A DNA stretch of 64,000 bases, from positions 32,001-96,000 of IMG/VR virus record IMGVR_UViG_3300050132_000248. One strand, given 5' to 3'. Made by a program: the position numbers and the translations under genes. The notes under the pieces are model-generated. The model was not told where the DNA came from and made no database searches. It was given only the letters and a program-made list of their open reading frames with translations. This document shows, one piece after another, positions 61,101-64,000 of this stretch (positions are counted from its first letter, which is position 1; each line of letters starts with the position of its first letter). Source of the stretch: a virus.

Positions 61101-64000
61101 AAATCAGATAGTCAAGCTATTGGTATTAAATTTTCTGATTTAGTAGAATTAATAGATACCTTAAGAAAACAAGGTATTGATACAGAAGAAGATATAGGTA
61201 ATAAAATTAAATCTAAATATGAAAATGAAATATCTGAATTAGATAAGACTTCTAAAGAAACTAAACAGGAACCTAAACAAGAATCCACTACAATTGAAGA
61301 TACCCCAATGGGTATAAAAGAGTCACAACAGACACTCAATACACCCGAAGAGGTACAAAATAAAACAGAAGAGGATGATGATATTCCTTCAATAGGAAAA
61401 GAAAATAATGAGGCAGCATTTAGAATTGTTCCATCAGAAAAACCTGTTATATATGAACAAGAAGATTGGGACAAGGTAGAGAAAGATCTTACAAAAATGT
61501 TTTCAGTACTCCCTGTATATAGAGTAAGGAATGCTATTAGAGCAACTAATGGTAGACAAATTTGGGGAATGCTTCATGAGGGAGGTATCTATCTTGATCA
61601 GAATGCAGAGGTTGGTACTATATATCATGAAGTGTTTGAAGCTGTGTGGAAAATGTTTGCTGGTCCAGAAGAGAAAGGAAAGGTATTAGATGAATTCAGA
61701 AGTAGGGATGGAAGTTATCGGGATAGGTTCAATCCCATGCATCCATTAATTGAGTATAAAAATGCTAAACCTGAACAGATAAAAGAAGAAATTGCCGAAG
61801 AGTTTAGAGATCTTAGATTATATGGAACAAGAATTGCTACACCAAGAGGACAGAATTTTATAGCCAGACTGTTCCAGAATATTATAGATTTCATCAAGAC
61901 ATTCTTCACTGGAGAGAAATCTCAGAGGAACACACAGGACTTATTTGATAAAATAGGAAATGGATATTATAACAGGTTCAATCCTTATGAAGCAAAATTA
62001 TCATTTGCTAAGAAGGGCTTTATAAATGTTGAGGATGCATTCCCTAATGAAGACTCTGAACTTAGAGAGAAAATTCCAACACAGCAAACTCATGATATCA
62101 TTCAACACATGACCTTTGCTTTTATGAGGGATGTAACTAAAACAAATCAGAGTTTATTCCAAATTGAGAAATTAAAGAAAGCAGAAATATATGCAAACTT
62201 AAGACTTGAGATTCTTGGAAGAATAAAAGGTGTAAGAGATGCTTATGCTCAAAGAGCACAAAATGGAGAACAAGCTGCAATAGATGGAGTGAATGCTACT
62301 CAACAATTATATGATAATACAAAAGCAGAATGGAATGCTCTTGTTGAAAGACATGAACAATTTCTAAATACCCGAGGGTACACCTTTGATGAGAATGATG
62401 AATTGAATATGGAGGATGAGAATAAAGGAAAAGATGAACCTTATGGAGATCCAAGAAAAGTAGACTCTTTCAGAAAATCTAATGCTGCTATTAAAAATCT
62501 TCTTGGATCAGTGGCTTATTCACAGAGAGTTAAAAGAATGATAAATGGAAAAGAGCAAATATCTACAGAGTTTGTTCCTTCTACAATAGGTGGTGCAAAA
62601 CTTCTTGCTCCTGATCAGGTGCATATTGATCTTGTAAATAAATTATCTAAGGCATGTGATCTGGATGATATGTTTAGTCTATTCAGAAAAGCAGCAATAG
62701 ATAATCCTAATTATGAATCTCTTTATCATAGAGTTGCAAAGCAGACTATTGCTGAGAATACAATAGACTATGATAAGTTTGAAGACTTTGATTGGCAACT
62801 TATATCTGCTTTCTGGAAATCTTTTAAACTCCAGAATCCTGATGCACTTACAGTATTTATTCTTTCTGATGGTAATGTTATTGTCAGTGATTCTTCTATG
62901 AACACTGCTACAAAGCAGTCAAAGAAAGAAATGTTCTATTCTATGGTTAACAAAATCAAGAGTGATGATTGGGAAAAAGGAAAAGAGTTCTTTACATATA
63001 ACAAGAAGAATGGAAAGTATACAGCTACAAAGACTTTGAAAGATATAAAGTTCTCAGGAACCTCTCTTACTAATTATATACTGTTCTTAAAAAAATTAGG
63101 TATTGATTTTAAAGAAGAAGATTTAAATGATTTAAGACCTACACAGCTTAAACATTTTAGGGATGCTGTTAAAGGGATGCACACAAGTCTTGCTAATCTT
63201 GGTCCAGTATTTAATAAGGTGGGAGAACCTATAGATGAAGATGGTTATGTAGTGGATAAGAATACACATCTAAGTAAGAAAAGAGAAGATGCTCCAGAAG
63301 GAAAACCACAGAATGACAAAAGTGTATATTCTCTCACATCTAAAACTCTTGACATTGAAGGAAGACTTACCCAACTTGGTGTAATAAAAGCTATTATTGA
63401 CAGACCTGAATTTGAGAGTACTTATTTTAATATCAATGGAGAGAGAACACAAACTTATATTGGTAGTAATGCTGCCAGCAGATTGTATGATACAATTTCT
63501 TCACTAAAGAATCTGAATGATCTTAATAGCGATGTAAAAGATTATAAGCAGTTTAGATATCTTCTAACAGATGCTTTTACTCAAGGATCAGTTATTCTGA
63601 ATAGAATTTTCCTTATGGATAGTACTAAAGCCAGAAGAGATGGAACAGAGAATATATTAAAAACTACCTTGGCTGATGGAATGAACGATGAAGAAAAAGG
63701 CAAGAGTAGAGAATCTTCAAAACAATCTTATAAACAAAGACTTATACAGGAAATCAATTTGAATACGAATGGATGTTATTTAAATCTGGTTCCTGCAGAT
63801 GCCTCTATGGAACATGCTACAAGAATGCATGAAGAAACTACTCCATTTGTAACTGATGATTCTTTTCTTACAGGTGGCTACCTCTCTATATTTAAAGACT
63901 ATTTCACTTCTGAACTTACTCTCTCCAGAGATAGGAATAGAAGAGTGGTAAAGGGAAAGAAGAAAAGCGATATGCGTTTCTTTAAGGATATCCTTGGGGA
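55101..64000 (+). CDS. giant virion protein, 3'-truncated (at least 2966 codons); candidate crAss-like virion RNA polymerase-associated polyprotein
   Basis: ATG 55101 (MQDEPIVNLSG...); same frame is open at 61620 (IYHEVFEAVWKMF) and at the window end (RFFKDILG); the track lists no complete long ORF here, consistent with no stop; RNAP DxDxD motif not identified in the window. Confidence 0.75.
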   Translation, partial: MQDEPIVNLSGAPDYSVKGTAISPPADPTYTPLNDPNPFPNELKNKPIGGSDITMAEAAQYNPSKLSGGIMYGETSENTRAQNQSAISRIGNAGINLVNKTGAYIIQNAGFIGGAAFSALGGLVNYGNEALGGEGKIVANGNAVSLMSDNFLTQIGDAWKEAVQEANPIYKTDKYTNGNIWQKLATTSWWLDDAIDRAALTGAMLIPGMLESKGLFGVAGLAMREGGAIEASGMIPKVAKYLADNPKMYGTIGRALGSDVYEAAATGVVDESTAAGLAFKKAVQTAQNLEITSFNVIGQNALNGRESQTAIVKSLNEQRDKGLNTYTDDEIKDMAAEGAKASFWYNMPLTLLSSMWEMPQVFASFKGATNLLKKITGAQTSEELEQGITGAIGKSSAPSFWNLAWKAPITALEHGQLESSQVAIGRYVEEAIAGKMVDGHLEKKGQGEAFNPWNISDAMTGSFGEYINNFHDPNGENNIALGTIQGLLTTIFGRAFKGFTGEYSKQDKANDNLLKGMNEALASRRLFNPISDMVETDKEGNIVTVKGDDGKQHVKLDQDKLAQLGVSYVDAIKNYEDRLKYIANGDKVSVDMMNFNSLKALAANFFQDAHGKEYLKNVLRWEAKQQNQNPERQNDVTGTEEETPDVKLQENLEYVDHLYKIYNAIDQRHAGFLNLDVNYKDKTEAALAQVFTEKYKTLQYNNGADQVFYNNQIAKNNTELGGITEKSTDDGVVAQRNNNLLDQNEILNNKLDISKQEYKNSIDRDLINQAWTEEKAHYQDIKNTIEKIKQDAIDESTESKSVTKIPINTKYGERQIETNTDYVVGKVIDKDEQGNDVFSAPIIRVLGKNEDGTIKIQYNNNKGQWVNSDISEDHLDNYSLTKRSDLQKNKKANYVFEHWNTMFQHWGIKDNKGNPVTGRLEYNQAKNQILFKYIDDKGKERRREIIGRNVVTQDGYNHPMLQAVGELKASQKQATDEFAKTPTSLSDKLTLRNNVIASLYENGVARIEQIKKTLETNKESLSKYEETLKEETTKLEKETTRKRVIKKQVRAVEASIKNLTDLHERIEKENIELQNEKEEIEYNLPIFEELLNSIDSSAEESKDILQQLKDDVDNSEKLIDVISKQLKANKALTDQIQKVLSENLSILKDYIKRLQEGNPNLPLSIDEFQDNIEKYLGEEGAKQLIAERGGFTEQVMALENDILDFEEELNIPSLSKEVVTLQKEATVLNEQLDDAIKLQMAKDKIYEAFKEFVDKLAQEEKEEQEFEKNEELKKQYIGTMDDSMQNVLSEIHYEPASKKSFWSVIRGTRPFTLSKRQIERGEEEKPHNVRANRFGFKFSKFSEEKQAAIRGIVVTQNTQNDILPGLTDFLMKDATPEQLRKYKKEEIIALAMVQMNDDGQTYSLVDENGDVIPEKDETGNTVNPLDRAIFQTFPMRDLKGFYKSKDAVDDEDMEEQTMFRDDVPEKKRLAAEEQYQKWRDATLQKTTLDPPEKIKVSFGIPELAKRTDEKGNLVPDKGARTSAKKAGFVSDEDLDSHQVITVSTEDEANEGEVTFNNSKGRVFLRVPGQGLVKLFNRKFSDVEANTIFDVIQQICKNGAKKGQITPETNLLINWLKTVVYWGIAKDPNTNERKAAGYNNIWFETTKEEGKPVTRLYISGITKDKSQAFMFTPTGLQESKYEIVSLLQNLYHNTFATKVNQDSWQNKYYEIKGIDKEGNPITEEWPNYQTYLLSDKSVKDGKLSGERNEKEIPLVTQYKPITNENDVNRKSIYFTLNSPTSDYNFEAEEQKAETPKTKKEAKKPATEESKTKTKKEETAYKPALLKLDGSDEMIHFDSFGGFDMMFKLNAKTSKEKGTIDSISYPQKALDALQNQGKTLDQAKAELKNALLAKLKDQLNLANVPKAAPIADALPVAEKTEVKENNIEQKKKDIEKRIPAYVDFSKGKTNSLNTFRNEARRKWEGIEEDVITGGRLLNLQTGINFLAEAFPEFSNLKDMFFKKSDSQAIGIKFSDLVELIDTLRKQGIDTEEDIGNKIKSKYENEISELDKTSKETKQEPKQESTTIEDTPMGIKESQQTLNTPEEVQNKTEEDDDIPSIGKENNEAAFRIVPSEKPVIYEQEDWDKVEKDLTKMFSVLPVYRVRNAIRATNGRQIWGMLHEGGIYLDQNAEVGTIYHEVFEAVWKMFAGPEEKGKVLDEFRSRDGSYRDRFNPMHPLIEYKNAKPEQIKEEIAEEFRDLRLYGTRIATPRGQNFIARLFQNIIDFIKTFFTGEKSQRNTQDLFDKIGNGYYNRFNPYEAKLSFAKKGFINVEDAFPNEDSELREKIPTQQTHDIIQHMTFAFMRDVTKTNQSLFQIEKLKKAEIYANLRLEILGRIKGVRDAYAQRAQNGEQAAIDGVNATQQLYDNTKAEWNALVERHEQFLNTRGYTFDENDELNMEDENKGKDEPYGDPRKVDSFRKSNAAIKNLLGSVAYSQRVKRMINGKEQISTEFVPSTIGGAKLLAPDQVHIDLVNKLSKACDLDDMFSLFRKAAIDNPNYESLYHRVAKQTIAENTIDYDKFEDFDWQLISAFWKSFKLQNPDALTVFILSDGNVIVSDSSMNTATKQSKKEMFYSMVNKIKSDDWEKGKEFFTYNKKNGKYTATKTLKDIKFSGTSLTNYILFLKKLGIDFKEEDLNDLRPTQLKHFRDAVKGMHTSLANLGPVFNKVGEPIDEDGYVVDKNTHLSKKREDAPEGKPQNDKSVYSLTSKTLDIEGRLTQLGVIKAIIDRPEFESTYFNINGERTQTYIGSNAASRLYDTISSLKNLNDLNSDVKDYKQFRYLLTDAFTQGSVILNRIFLMDSTKARRDGTENILKTTLADGMNDEEKGKSRESSKQSYKQRLIQEINLNTNGCYLNLVPADASMEHATRMHEETTPFVTDDSFLTGGYLSIFKDYFTSELTLSRDRNRRVVKGKKKSDMRFFKDILG

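Noticed and set aside
55475-63452. Short minus-strand and off-frame ORFs listed by the track in this interval
   Set aside because: Antisense or alternate-frame shadows of the giant plus-strand ORF.

Overview
AT-rich (about one-third GC by eye) dsDNA phage genome segment with crAss-like (Crassvirales-type) organisation and a probable Bacteroidota host. It is read in the standard genetic code and has two divergent arms that switch at about 15.25-15.55 kb. The left arm (minus strand, 1-15.25 kb) holds a family B DNA polymerase, a DUF550/MazG-like nucleotide pyrophosphohydrolase fusion, many small early genes (several membrane, lipoprotein or secreted) and several structured non-coding elements. 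The right arm (plus strand) holds the morphogenesis module: wHTH and HU-like genes, TerL, portal, scaffold-like protein, major capsid protein, ring/adaptor proteins, a fibre/LRR cassette, tail-collar and Thr-linker proteins, a split muzzle-like gene and cargo proteins. It ends in a giant ORF of at least 2,966 codons (55101 to past the window end) that the ORF track missed. Most unusual signals: (1) a tail-fibre-like gene and its LRR neighbour carry Sec signal peptides obeying the Bacteroidota Q-rule, and the fibre is densely packed with D-S/T-X O-glycosylation sequons; (2) the palindrome CCCGGG/TCCCGGGA is strongly over-represented, in all three frames; (3) two related tRNA-like structured elements lie in the early arm; (4) a palindromic operator sits at near-fixed spacing before three host-type late promoters; (5) recurrent GG motifs delimit domains in the cargo proteins; (6) many early genes have strong Shine-Dalgarno sites despite the Bacteroidota-type signals. 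All family calls come from motif recognition by eye; no searches were run.
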